A stretch of DNA of 63,922 nt, counting the filler, from Reticulomyxa filosa (Eukaryota > Protista > Foraminifera): NCBI GenBank assembly GCA_000512085.1. It is 14 parts of 14 records of this genome, joined end to end, with 100 filler letters (N's around TTAATTAATTAA, not from the genome) between each part and the next. Parts side by side here need not be neighbours in the genome. Positions count along the whole stretch, not along the records: positions 41,257 to 57,947 come from ASPP01018042.1; positions 58,048 to 59,195 come from ASPP01002655.1; positions 59,296 to 61,875 come from ASPP01020952.1; positions 61,976 to 63,922 come from ASPP01016217.1; 10 more parts are not named here. One strand, written 5' to 3'. Below are positions 53,075-63,922 of this stretch, in pieces. Numbering within the stretch: position 1 is the first letter of the stretch; every line of letters starts with the position of its first letter. Below the pieces are notes generated by a model. It did no database searches and had not been told where the DNA came from. It saw only the letters and a program-made list of their open reading frames with translations. The position numbers were made by a program, and so were the translations under genes.

Positions 53075-55040
53075 TCAAGGTACATAGGTGGACCACTTTG
53101 GCAAAGTATCATTCAATTGATTCCACTCAGATAAACGCCGCTGAAAGACTTTGGGATTAGTAACGAGCCATGGATGTTTCAACGCAAATTTGGCAGAAGG
53201 TCTTTTTTCAGGGTTGACTGTCAGCAATACGGAGATGAAATGTTGGCAAAGCGTGGAAGGCTCACACCCCTGGGGCATGTCCCATTCTCCAGCGCCAATT
53301 TTGGTTTGCAACTCTTCTGACGTTGTCCCGTGGAAACAGCGTTTCCCCGTATACGATTCAAACAGCAGAACCCCAATCGACCAGACATCAGAAGCTTTCA
53401 GTTTGGTTCAGTTCAAGTGCAATTCGAATCAAACAAACACACATACACATTGCAAGGATTCAACCAATTAAATCCTTTTTCTCTCTTTCTCTTCTGTCAT
53501 ACCTTTCAATTCCCATCCACGATGCTTACGAAACCTCTCTGGAGCCAAGTAACAGGGCGTTCCAACCAAATGACAATAGGTTTCATTGTCATTTACCATA
53601 ATGGCCTCTCCAAAGTCAATGAACTTCATTTCAACATAACATTTGCTGTCTTTCTCTTGGTCATCGCCATTACTTGGCGTCTTTGTCGTTGACGACTGCA
53701 CAAACACCACATTTTCTGGTTTGATGTCCCTGTTAGTGTCAACCAGTTCTGTTGCGTATACGTCATATATGTACAAACCCTCTCCTCCTTCTGCTTTTAA
53801 AAACAAGCGAGGCAAACCTGTGCACAATATTTTGTTTGTGCATTTCAACCAGCGTTTTCAACAATTGTCGAATGATTAATTTTATTTTTGCTTCGCGATT
53901 GATATGGTCTTGCTTGATCCAAGCTTCACACAAACATCGCATTGCAATGGATGTGCGTTTGTCACAAGTATATTTTAAAAAATTAATAAATAACTGAACA
54001 AGTCTTGACATGCCAACTCGGTGAGCAAAAAGCCATAGCGTTGGTCAACATGAAAACTGTGCAATCTAGTGTGATATGGTTTCATACACATTCGACATGT
54101 TCACTAATATCTAAAAACTTTTTTTTAAAAAAAAAGATTATTTTTTTGTAAACACAAAAGCATGATCAAACTTGATAACGCCAGAGACGCCAGTCAATTT
54201 TTGCAAAAGCTGCAATTCATTGTTGAACAAGGTGATCATGCGACTATTGTTGCTGCTATCATCTGCCTCAAACTGAATAGTGCATACGTATAAACAATAT
54301 CACATACTCACACATAGGATTTTTGCACAGCGCCAAAACACTACAAAAGTCCCAAAGTCACTCAAATGCCACTTTTTAAAAAATTCTTATCACTCCAAAT
54401 TTTGTGCAACTTTTTCTTTTGAGTGTTCGCTCAACGCAAAATCGAAACAATAGAAACAAACAAAAAAAATAACTTGCAATATTTTCAAGGCGTATTTGAC
54501 TTGGGACCCTTTTTGGAAAACTTCGTAAACCTGTCCCGATGCGCCATTCGAGATTCGTCGGATCAGATAAAACTCGGAAATGTTAGGAAATTCGGTGTGA
54601 ACACGATTGCTCTCGTTGTCCTCTGCAATGGGAAGGACTTTGTCTTGGTCCAAACGATCGTGTTGCAATTGCTTGTTGCTTCCGTCACTCGTCGCACGTT
54701 GTGGCCAAGTGATGGCGGTAAAGGAGGCACTTGGAGTGAGTGGCGTTGTCCCGCTTGTACTGTTGGCACCACGAGGACTCAGTGTCACTTGTCCTTTCGG
54801 AGACAAAAACGAGGACGTCACGTTGCTTGTTGTACATTCTATGGGTGTTACACTCGTGTTCAGCTTCACTTCTGAAGTGGAGAGAGAATGCGAAGGAGAG
54901 TCCATCGAGGGCAGTCCAAATACGCCCAAGTCCACTACCTTTATCATTTCTTTTTCGTTGCTACGCTTCACACTCGTTCTCTTTGGACTGTCTTCTCTCT
55001 TTTTTTGAAGAACAGTACTTTCTACGCCCTTTTTCGTCAT
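53075..55040 (-). CDS. CAMK-group-like Ser/Thr kinase with S/T-rich N-terminus (multi-exon)
   Basis: ISNGASGQV, YALK, IVHR|DIKPEN, DFGEA, GTPCYLAPE, DVWSIG, PEKRPSAKFALKHPW. Exact 3' end uncertain. Confidence 0.88.
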
Positions 55041-55799
55041 TTCTTCAAGCTCTCCATTTTTTTGTCACACATAAGCCCATCTTTTGCTGAATATGACAAA
55101 TGTAAATTATAGACTAGTTCACCAACAAAAAACACTAACACTCGGCTTTGTCCAATAGTCTCAAAAAAAAAGTTAGAGACACTACAAAAGGAGCATTGTG
55201 CATAAATAATCATCGGATTAAACTTCTTTTCTTAAATTAAAACTGCTAACACTTTTTATACCTTCCAAAGTGTGCTCGTCAAACCACATATACTGCAATA
55301 GTTATTACCTTTGTTAGAGGCTATCTGGCCTTTCTGATCTTTTAACATATTGTCTCAATGGGACATCACATCAAAAACAATAAAACTAAATCTAAAAAAA
55401 ATCATTTTTAAAGTCCATCTGTACAAGAACAAAGTAAGTATGTATTTTGTTTTCTTATTTTTTTACGAAGAAGAGCTATAAAGATTGGTGACGTTGTCAA
55501 TAGTTAGGAAAAAACTTCACTACCTCTTTATTTTTCAGTACATTTTTTACTGTTTCTTGTATTGTATAATCTTTTAATTTGTTGCACGCAATGTATTATT
55601 GCCTGCGACAATACATTCATTTTCTCTTATATATCACGTAACATTAATTAAACTCATATCCGTTTTTAAAACCTTGTTTTCCATGCCGAGATTTTTATAA
55701 TTGAAAAACTGGAAAAAACAGTAAGCGGTAGTCTCAGACGACGAACGAATTTCTAGGAGAAATAAAAGTTTTCCTCCCTGCATTAACAAATCATTTGTA

Positions 55800-57042
55800 A
55801 TGGGTGCACTTATTTCTATCTTTAACTCCAACGAGCTGAAAGATTTTGAATTGTTATGGACAACACAAATAGCTGTTCCAGAAAATGTGAGTGAAAAAAA
55901 CTTGTGTGTGAAGGTTGTTAAATGGCTGTTGAATTATGACAGGACATTGACGTGTTCGAAGAAGGACAAGCCCTTTTAGAAAAATGTCTCAAAGTGAAAA
56001 AATCACTGGAGGAGTACAAAGGCAGCAAAGATGTAATCAAAGAAGCAATGTCAACAAAACAAGGAACGGACGAAAACAAGGAAGCGACACGCCGAGCAAT
56101 GGAATCGGTGTCACTTAATGCCGCCTCTTGCGCAGAATGGTACGATTGTGCAGTGGAAGTAGGGAATTTCTTAAAAGACAAGTTGTTTCCGGCACTTTGC
56201 AAACGGGGCAGCAAAGTGGCCGATAAAAAGGAAGGCACAACCAAAGAGACAGACAGTAAAATCGAGGAAAAAAAAGAAGACACTGAGCGCACAGAAATCA
56301 GTGAAATGAATATTCTTACTCATCAGGCATTGTCCAAACAGATTTGCGAGCTCTTGAATTTTCTTCTCACCTTTGATCAATTGAAGATGCTACAATCCCA
56401 AGCGCAGAATGGTATGTACATATCCACGTACAAATATAAATCGAAAAGTTGGCACGCCATGGGTTTGTTGGAATGGACACAGACTTTAGTTTTTATAAGC
56501 GCACTCTGACCAAATGCGACTCGGATGGATCTTTGAGCGATATTCGACTGCCTGTCAACGCGGAAAAGGCTGGATTTATCAGTATGTATTTGGCACAAGC
56601 GATTCCAATGATGAAGGAAGTGGCAAACATTATCAAATTGGACAGGAACGCTGAATTTTCCTTGGAAGTGCTCTCCACCATTTGCAATGCTTGTGTCGAC
56701 CTACTCAAAGCAAACAAATTCGGGGGAAACTCGTATCACACCGTCATTTTGAAAGCGATGGTCGCCTCTTTTGTGTTAAGTCTTTTTTGTTTCGTGTGTC
56801 GTCACATCTTTTTGTTCTTTTTGTCCTTTAGAATGTATGACCATGCGAACGCAATCGGGGCTTTTCAACGTCGCTCCCTGACTAAAGCGTCCATAGTCGT
56901 GTCCATGGTATGCACTGAATACACACAAATTTATCAAAACAAAGAATTCGCCACTGAGCTGTCTAACACCATCAAGTACTCTTGCTTGCACGTCAACGAT
57001 GAGCAAACGCCCCAAAGCATTCGCCGAATGCTCGGGCTTTAA
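55800..57042 (+). CDS. CYRI: CYRI / FAM49 (CYFIP-related Rac1 interactor, DUF1394)
   Basis: MGALIS myristoylation start; LEEYKG...IKEAMS; QALSKQICELLNF...FDQLKM...QN|DFSFYKRT; YDH....GAF. Introns 55887-55942, 56412-56482 and ~56775-56832. Confidence 0.9.
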
Positions 57043-57394
57043 ATGCCTTTGTTTGCTAAGTGTACAGCTTCATTCATTTTTTGCTCTCTAAGCAAGAACG
57101 GCGCACATGCGTTGCTACTTTCTACACACTTGTTTATTTTAAAAATAAGGCTGTTGCATATACAACCGATCTCCTAGCTTTTTTTGGCATTCTTCTCTTG
57201 CACTTTTTTATGATAAATATTTTCTATTTTAGCAGTTTAAGGCTGCCATTTTGCGTTTTCGCTATTGATTATTACGGCGTTTGAAAATTTAATAAGGGTT
57301 TTTACAAAATGGAAATGAACAATCAACCGAAATTTAGAAATCAAAAGTAAATAGTCTTATTTTTTAAAATTGTTTATCTCCTGTTATATTGGCC

Positions 57395-57930
57395 CTATTT
57401 CTTGCGACGTTGTTGCATGGCGTGAAATAGCCAATCTAGGCCATCGTGCAAACCGTCGCCAGTTGTAGCACAACATCCTTGAACCCATATATTTTTATGA
57501 GGATCCTCAACAACACCGGGTAAGAAATCATAAATGCAACGAATGATTCCCGGTTCTGGAAAAAAGGACTCAAGTGAACACTGCTCGAGAAATACTTTCC
57601 ATTCCATTTTTTTTTCGACCATTACCCCTAAATATTTTCCAACCTCTTCTGAAGAGAGTGCATTGGGCAAGTCTTGTTTGTTCGCGAATACTGATAGTTT
57701 CGGAAAAGAAAAACAAAGTAACATCAAAATAGCAAACGCAGACAAAGTGCAAAAGGAAGAAACTTAAAAATGGAAGCCCTCTGAGTTCATCTTCCGCAAG
57801 CAATCTTTGTAATTCCTCCTTTGCTGAGCTCCAAGAATAGTCTTCATGCTCAGGGGTTGGTAATCTTTCTTTGTCGTTGCTGTCGATGACAAAGATTACG
57901 CCGGTGGAATTTTGGTAGTAATGCCTTTGT
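57395..57930 (-). CDS. ARF-family small GTPase, C-terminal part, with two insertions
   Basis: [45 protein letters not shown] and [18 protein letters not shown]. Confidence 0.9.
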
Positions 57931-59307
57931 ATTTATGTTCACCACTTNNNNNNNNNNNNNNNNNNNNNNNNNNNNNNNNNNNNNNNNNNNNTTAATTAAT
58001 TAANNNNNNNNNNNNNNNNNNNNNNNNNNNNNNNNNNNNNNNNNNNNTAATATCGAAAAAGTCTAATCTCAATAATATTTGCAATCAGCCAGCGAACTAG
58101 TAGACCAATATGCAAAGTCGGTATCAAACATATTCTTTTATTATGTTTAAATCTCCAATGAAACCTTGAAGCACTGCAGTGTTGAAAAAAGCTGTCCTTC
58201 CTATTACCTTCAAATAAATTATATAACTATGTCATTTATGTAACAGACATTAAGATTTGTTGAAATTTTAATACTCGGTCTGAATGGACATTATTTAATC
58301 ATTGTATTTTGAATTTTCTTTTAATGATGTTTGAATCATTTAATTTATCATCTCTAAATTATTCAATACATTTATTGGACATAGTATTGATTATTTAGCA
58401 TTTGGTGATTGAACAACCAAGAGTAAAGAAAAATTATTATAAAGATTGACTTTACATATTATTTTCTTTGATGTCAATAAGGTTAATTCGATTAGACAAG
58501 AGTTAATGTATTGATATGATAATATTATTATGTGTTCAAGTAAAATATTTCATTTTCCATTTGTTAGTGTCCCACGCAAACAGGAATTTAAAAACAATTT
58601 TTCATAAACACTAAACAGATACAAAAAAAATCTTGTTTTTTGGACAACGAACAGCCAAGTACATTAACATAAAATGATTCTGATAACATATGAACAACAA
58701 CAAGTTTTTTGGTTTGAACGATATTTCATAAATGTTTTGTTTTATAAAGAAAAAAAGCAATTAAATGCTTTTAAATAACAAAAAAATGGATAATTTCATC
58801 AATTCTCAGTGAATTGATAATCCTGTTGCGCAAACAAAAACAACTCAAATTGGTAATTTAAAAATATTTATTTTTTAGAAAATGATGAATGGAGTTGTAC
58901 AGTCGTGCATCTACTTGTTCACGCCAAAGTTGTAAAAATCTTTCAACTTACACGAAAGGTAGAAAATTTTCTTCTATAACAAAAAAAAAGTGAACTTCTT
59001 TAAGAAAACATTGAAATGGTTCAAAAGCAGTCCCTTTTTTCCAGCAAGCGAAAAAATCAAATTTATTTGCGTACATCTTAACAATTAGTAAAAATTGATT
59101 TTTGATCAGTTAAATTGATCTACAGATATCTACAAACATATTTTCTTTGTTCCATGAAAAAGGAACAGAACTCATTACAAACTGGTATCCAGTTTNNNNN
59201 NNNNNNNNNNNNNNNNNNNNNNNNNNNNNNNNNNNNNNNTTAATTAATTAANNNNNNNNNNNNNNNNNNNNNNNNNNNNNNNNNNNNNNNNNNNNAAAAA
59301 AAATAGC

Positions 59308-60437
59308 ATGTATTGCTCAGCAAGAATTGCCTTGGATATCTGTTTCGCCATTGTAATTTTGATTGTTTCTGTTGTAATAATACCTTGTTATTTCCTTTTA
59401 TTGATACCATGTTTTCTCGTGTCATATGTTTGCAACTGTGGATGCGTGTCCACACCAAACGATTTGTTTAAGTACCGAGTTTTTTGGCTTTTACATTTGG
59501 ATTCTTATGTTGCCATGCCCTTTTATCGTTTAAAATATGGATATCCAGTGCTGTACTACAATGAGAAGCTGCCAAGGAAACTGAACCAGGGTAGTAAACA
59601 TGACTGTACAGTATTACAATGTAATGACTTGAACAAAGCTATGACGGCAATAATGGCAATACATTACGAGTCGTGTGCATTAGCGACACACATGAGATGC
59701 ACTCTTTTCTCACTTTAGGTGCATATCTGAGCAAATAAAAAAAAAAAAGTTTGGAGTGAGCAATCTAATATTTGTACAAAAAAAAAATTTTTGGGGGGGG
59801 GGGGGGAAAAAAAGCCATACCAAAAGGTGATGTTTTGATTCATTGTGGAGATATCACATTCGAAGGCAAGGGTGGTATTCCGATGTTAAAATCTTTGAAT
59901 GATTGGATGGCAAGTTTTTATCATCCAACAAAAATTGTAATGGGTGGAAATCATGACCGCTTCATGCCAATGTTAGGAAAAGAAACAATTCAGAAACGAT
60001 ATTTGAAAGATGTCATTTATTTGGAAAATAATGGAATTGTGCTGAAAGAATACAACAATTTCACCATTTATGGAGTACCTTGGTCACCTACTGGATCACA
60101 AAATAATGCATTCCAAGACATCACTGAAACCACGGTTATTGCACCATTCAGAGAGTTCGTTCAATCTAACCAAAAAGTGGATATCTTGCTAAGTCATAGC
60201 TCTTTGATGGATTTGCGGAGATATGCTTCCAAGAACTCCGACAAGCGTCAACACTTTACTTCATTGTGGAATCTTTTCTCTGCATCAAAATGCTTGTTAC
60301 ATCTTTGTGGACATTTTCATGCTCGACATGGAGTACAAACAACCGATTACGGTGTAATTGCAAACTGTGCTGTATTAAATAGATTGTATTTGCCAATGCA
60401 ATATCCAATGGTATTTGATTTTGATTTTCAAAAATAA
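59308..60437 (+). CDS. MPPED-like calcineurin-like metallophosphoesterase with N-terminal hydrophobic segment
   Basis: RVVCISDTH, IPKGDVLIHCGD, GGNHD, LLSHS and CGHFH. Introns ~59553-59638 and ~59719-59813 join the frames. Confidence 0.88.
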
Positions 60438-60763
60438 AATATGATGTAATTGGTTTTTTTGTAAAGTCAACGGAAATGCCACCATTGTTCAAGAAAGTGG
60501 TGCCTCTTTTTTTTTTTTTTTTTTATCGATCAAAATGCTTACCAGAATAAATAAGCCACATTTTTTTAGTTTCATGTGCAATTAATTACATTTGTCTCGA
60601 CTATGCTTGTAAATGTTTTACAATAATTTGTGAATTGTCAAAAAAGCACTATGCAGTAGTAAAAAAAGAAATCAATGGCCCTGAAAGGGACCGAAAAATC
60701 AAAGAATTTTAGCCGAAACTTGAAAGATTTTTTTTGAACATTGTCATTGTGTGCTCGACAAAA

Positions 60764-61159
60764 ATGTCCAAACGAAAAAATAGTGCTGTTCGTGCTAATT
60801 CAAAACGAAACGACTTTTTCCCCGCAAATGCCCCAGTTAGGCAAAATGTTTTTCTTTGTTTAGTAGTTTTTTTCTTGTTGTGTTGAGCGGTCGGAAAAAA
60901 AATGTATTAGGCCAAAATATCGCAAATCATAATGAGATATGTCGGAACATGGGAAAGTACTGATGCATCTCCACTTTTATCTGTTAACGCAAATACCCTG
61001 TCCGAATTGCGAGTTGCAGAATATACGAAGATGAGAATGGAGTTTGTACGTTCGAGGTATCGCAACATCGGGGAAGATAATGAACTGAGTTGTGCACCAA
61101 CAACATCCACGCAAGGCTTTCCTACAATACAAGACAATTTCTTCAACCAACTCTTTTGA
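60764..61159 (+). CDS. Small hypothetical two-exon protein (~106 aa)
   Basis: ATG at 60764; phase-0 intron 60836-60910 splices in frame to ORF 60932-61159. Confidence 0.45.
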
Positions 61160-61975
61160 TGAAGAGTTCTTTCAAGAAGAGTTTCCTCAAAAAAGGATGG
61201 CCCTCCCCAACAACTTATATTTTATTAGTTTTTCCCTCTTTTTATATTAGATTCGAGAGCTTTGTGGGTTTGAGGGCGATTTTGTTTGAGGAAAATTGGC
61301 AAATGTAGCTGATTTCGAGGATTTTTGTATTTGCAATTAGAAGCAAAGTGTGTAATTTTTAGCGCTGTTATTGATTACTTTTTTTAGTTTTTGTTCATTT
61401 CAGTAGTGTAATTTGCTGAGTGTTTTTTTTTTAAAATTTTGAGTTGCAAAATTTTTACCTTTCTTTTTTATGCAACAAGACTTAAAAAGTTATGAGTGAG
61501 TCAGCAAGTTATTCGAGGAATTTGATTAAATCTACATTACACTTGTAGGGTCATAGTTAAACTTCTTTTTTTATAATTAATTGTTGACAACCCTAAACAA
61601 CAGATTATCATTCTTTATCTCCTTCATCACTTTCTTCCAAATTTAGCTTGTTAATATCTTGTCCTCCTGGAGTTACCTATTTTGTTTTCAAAAAGCAAAG
61701 CAAATATGGACAAATGGCTATGCACTCTTTTTGACACAGGTATGCTACAAAACGTATTCTTCAGCTTTTTCTTCTTCGCTATGTTCCTCTTGTGATTGCT
61801 CGTTATCTTTTGTATTGCCATGTGCGAGCTCGGTATTGTTTGCGGTCGTGTCTTGTCTTCCACCGTCTCTTGTGGNNNNNNNNNNNNNNNNNNNNNNNNN
61901 NNNNNNNNNNNNNNNNNNNTTAATTAATTAANNNNNNNNNNNNNNNNNNNNNNNNNNNNNNNNNNNNNNNNNNNN

Positions 61976-62011
<36 letters not shown>

Positions 62012-62099
62012 TGGGGTTTTTTTTTTTTTTTTTTTTTTTTTTTTGTAGTCTTGTGTTTGAATGTTGATTGATAACTTCAAAAAAAAAAAAAAAAAAAAG

Positions 62100-62606
62100 G
62101 GACATCGCATTGTTAGGGTGCCTTATGACTGCTGCCTGCCGATGGTGTTTGACGGAGAGGAATTTAGCATGGGGGTTCGTGCGTGGACGCATGGATATGA
62201 TTTGTATGCGCCATGTAAATCGTTTGCATTTCATCCTTATCAACGCGCGAAAAAACCGCCAATGTTTTGGGAACAACCTGACGAAGGCAGACAATCGCGC
62301 TCCGAAAACAGGATCAAAGCCATATTGGGAATGCCTGTGGAAGAAGATGATTATGACAAGACTGATATACAAAGATATGGTTTGGGCGCTATCCGGCCTT
62401 TACAAACTTATTTGACTGTCTTTGGCATTAATCTTCAAACTAGAGAAGTAAAAAGCAATTGTGCTGAAGCATTCAGTGGAGCGTTACATGATCGATTACA
62501 TGCTTTTTTACGTCATGATGGTCGTGGAATCGACTACAACAATGTTTATATTCCAGCCCAAACTTCAACCAAACGTAAAGGGAAGAGAGGTGATAGATCA
62601 CATTGA
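62100..62606 (+). CDS. GT60 / Gnt1-like polypeptide alpha-GlcNAc transferase, last exon
   Basis: VPYDCCLPMVFDGEEFSMGVRAWTHGYDLYAP...FHPY and YGLGAIRPL, characteristic of the GlcNAc-transferase (GT60) family. Confidence 0.87.
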   Translation, partial: GHRIVRVPYDCCLPMVFDGEEFSMGVRAWTHGYDLYAPCKSFAFHPYQRAKKPPMFWEQPDEGRQSRSENRIKAILGMPVEEDDYDKTDIQRYGLGAIRPLQTYLTVFGINLQTREVKSNCAEAFSGALHDRLHAFLRHDGRGIDYNNVYIPAQTSTKRKGKRGDRSH

Positions 62607-62895
62607 AAGAAAAAAAGAAACATTTTTGCTTTTTTTTTTTTGTGGTGTTCTTTCTGACTCTTCCTCTCTTCTTTCAAAAAAAAACAAAAATTACTAACAC
62701 CTCCACGCATACAAAAATACAACTATTACATTTTTTCCTTATTAATTTACACTGCATGCATTAATACGTGTCAGAAAACCATCAAAACTGCCCCTCGTTT
62801 GTTTGGTTGATACTGAATTAGGGGAAAATAAGTTTTCTTTTTTCATTATTATTGAAGAATTTTGATATCGTTTGTGAGAAGTTCAACCCATACAC

Positions 62896-63870
62896 TTAAA
62901 GGAAAAAGGAGCCCACAAGAGGGAAAAAAAAACAAACTATTACTAATTTTTTTAAGGAAACGATAATTAAAAAAAAATATAATCTTTGTTTTGCAAACAA
63001 TTCCAAAAAAAAAAAAAAAACTGAAATATTAATTATCGTTGTTTCTCTTGTGCTTGAATTTGTTTTTGAAGTAAATCCTTTTGGAAAAAGAGGAAGACCC
63101 AAGACATTTTGTGAAATCATTTGGGCGACTTTTGCCTGTGTCTCAGCATCTAAGTGTTGCCATTTAAAGCTGATAAGATTCCACAAGTGATCAAAGTTGA
63201 GCACTTGAAATGGATTTTCTCTTTCAATACCAAGTTCTTTAAAAACAATCTCAACAAGATCCGCGCACGCCGCATCGACATCAATGGTTTTTTTATTCGC
63301 GGGTTGTTGCTGCTGACCATAGATATATGCAGGTTTTTTCTCATTGGAAGGTGTGGAAATTAAAGGTAGTGGAGTAGCTTGCGGTGAAATTTTATCTGCC
63401 ATGTCTTGCGTTTGAGTCGGAAACGGATCAGCGCGGTCGGAAACGCTAGTCCTTTCGCTATCGCTTTTGTTGTCATAAATATCACTTTGGTTCGAAGAGC
63501 CAATGTTCAAGAATGAAGCAATGTTGTGATGCGTTTTACTTTTTGAAATAACACTGGGAGCGGATCGATAAGCAGGGGAAGAATAAAATGCACTTGTCGT
63601 TGATGACTCACTACTCATACGTACATGTTTGCTACTGACCATAGGCTGGGTCATTCGTTGACGTTTTCTGGGAATCACACTCCATCCAAAATCATCCGTG
63701 TCTTGTGGCAGCACCAGCAAATCTTCTGTTCGCTGTCCTTCTGTTTCGTCACTTGGCATATCCAAATGCGGATATATACTTGTAACATTTGTTTGAAGAC
63801 TCTGTGTCTGAGGTGCTGGCAACAGTGAGCGTTTTGATTGCTCGCTCTCCGAATTCTTTGTCATAGTCAT
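62896..63870 (-). CDS. Hypothetical S/T/P-rich protein
   Basis: About 275 coding-like codons from ATG 63870. The ORF tail runs into an intron-like T-rich block, so the true 3' end is uncertain. Confidence 0.55.
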   Translation of the reverse strand: MTMTKNSESEQSKRSLLPAPQTQSLQTNVTSIYPHLDMPSDETEGQRTEDLLVLPQDTDDFGWSVIPRKRQRMTQPMVSSKHVRMSSESSTTSAFYSSPAYRSAPSVISKSKTHHNIASFLNIGSSNQSDIYDNKSDSERTSVSDRADPFPTQTQDMADKISPQATPLPLISTPSNEKKPAYIYGQQQQPANKKTIDVDAACADLVEIVFKELGIERENPFQVLNFDHLWNLISFKWQHLDAETQAKVAQMISQNVLGLPLFPKGFTSKTNSSTRETTIINISVFFFFLELFAKQRLYFFLIIVSLKKLVIVCFFFPLVGSFFL

Positions 63871-63922
63871 ACAAAAGGGGTCAAAACATTTTTTTTTTTT
63901 TTGTTGAAATTTTTTTTTTTTT

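Noticed and set aside
59553-59638. Apparent sixth -1 frame break in the metallophosphoesterase
   Set aside because: A normal-sized GT-AG intron (GTACTA...AAAG) gives PVLYDGNNGNTLRVVCISDTH, so no frameshift is needed.

Overview
AT-rich eukaryotic (protist) genomic DNA, not prokaryotic. The window is 14 assembly pieces joined by 13 artificial 100-bp linkers (N44-TTAATTAATTAA-N44), so adjacency across linkers may not be real. The intron style and gene families (RING/TRAF zinc-finger fusion, NACHT pseudogene, HSPA12-like, decayed LINEs) suggest a foraminiferan such as Reticulomyxa filosa; that assignment is inference. Recognisable spliced genes: YqjM-type old yellow enzyme, 3xSAM + TRAFAC GTPase, SNIP1/Pml1 FHA protein, alkaline ceramidase, F-box/LRR protein, RING/TRAF-ZnF + Gly-rich protein, RNF213-like C-terminus, Furry/MOR2-PAG1, PH protein, HSPA12-like, TPR protein, DadA-like oxidoreductase, AGC and CAMK-type kinases, CYRI/FAM49, ARF, MPPED-like phosphoesterase and a GT60 GlcNAc transferase. 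The best leads are: a co-oriented trio of ubiquitin-ligase-type genes that includes an RNF213-like protein whose RZ finger lacks the catalytic Cys/His; the SAM-GTPase; a GC-rich structured element at a probable LINE 3' end; a strong GTT splice-donor bias; a 24-nt micro-exon carrying a kinase P-loop; and five same-direction (-1) frame breaks that are most likely homopolymer errors. All domain calls come from motif recognition by eye; no searches were run.
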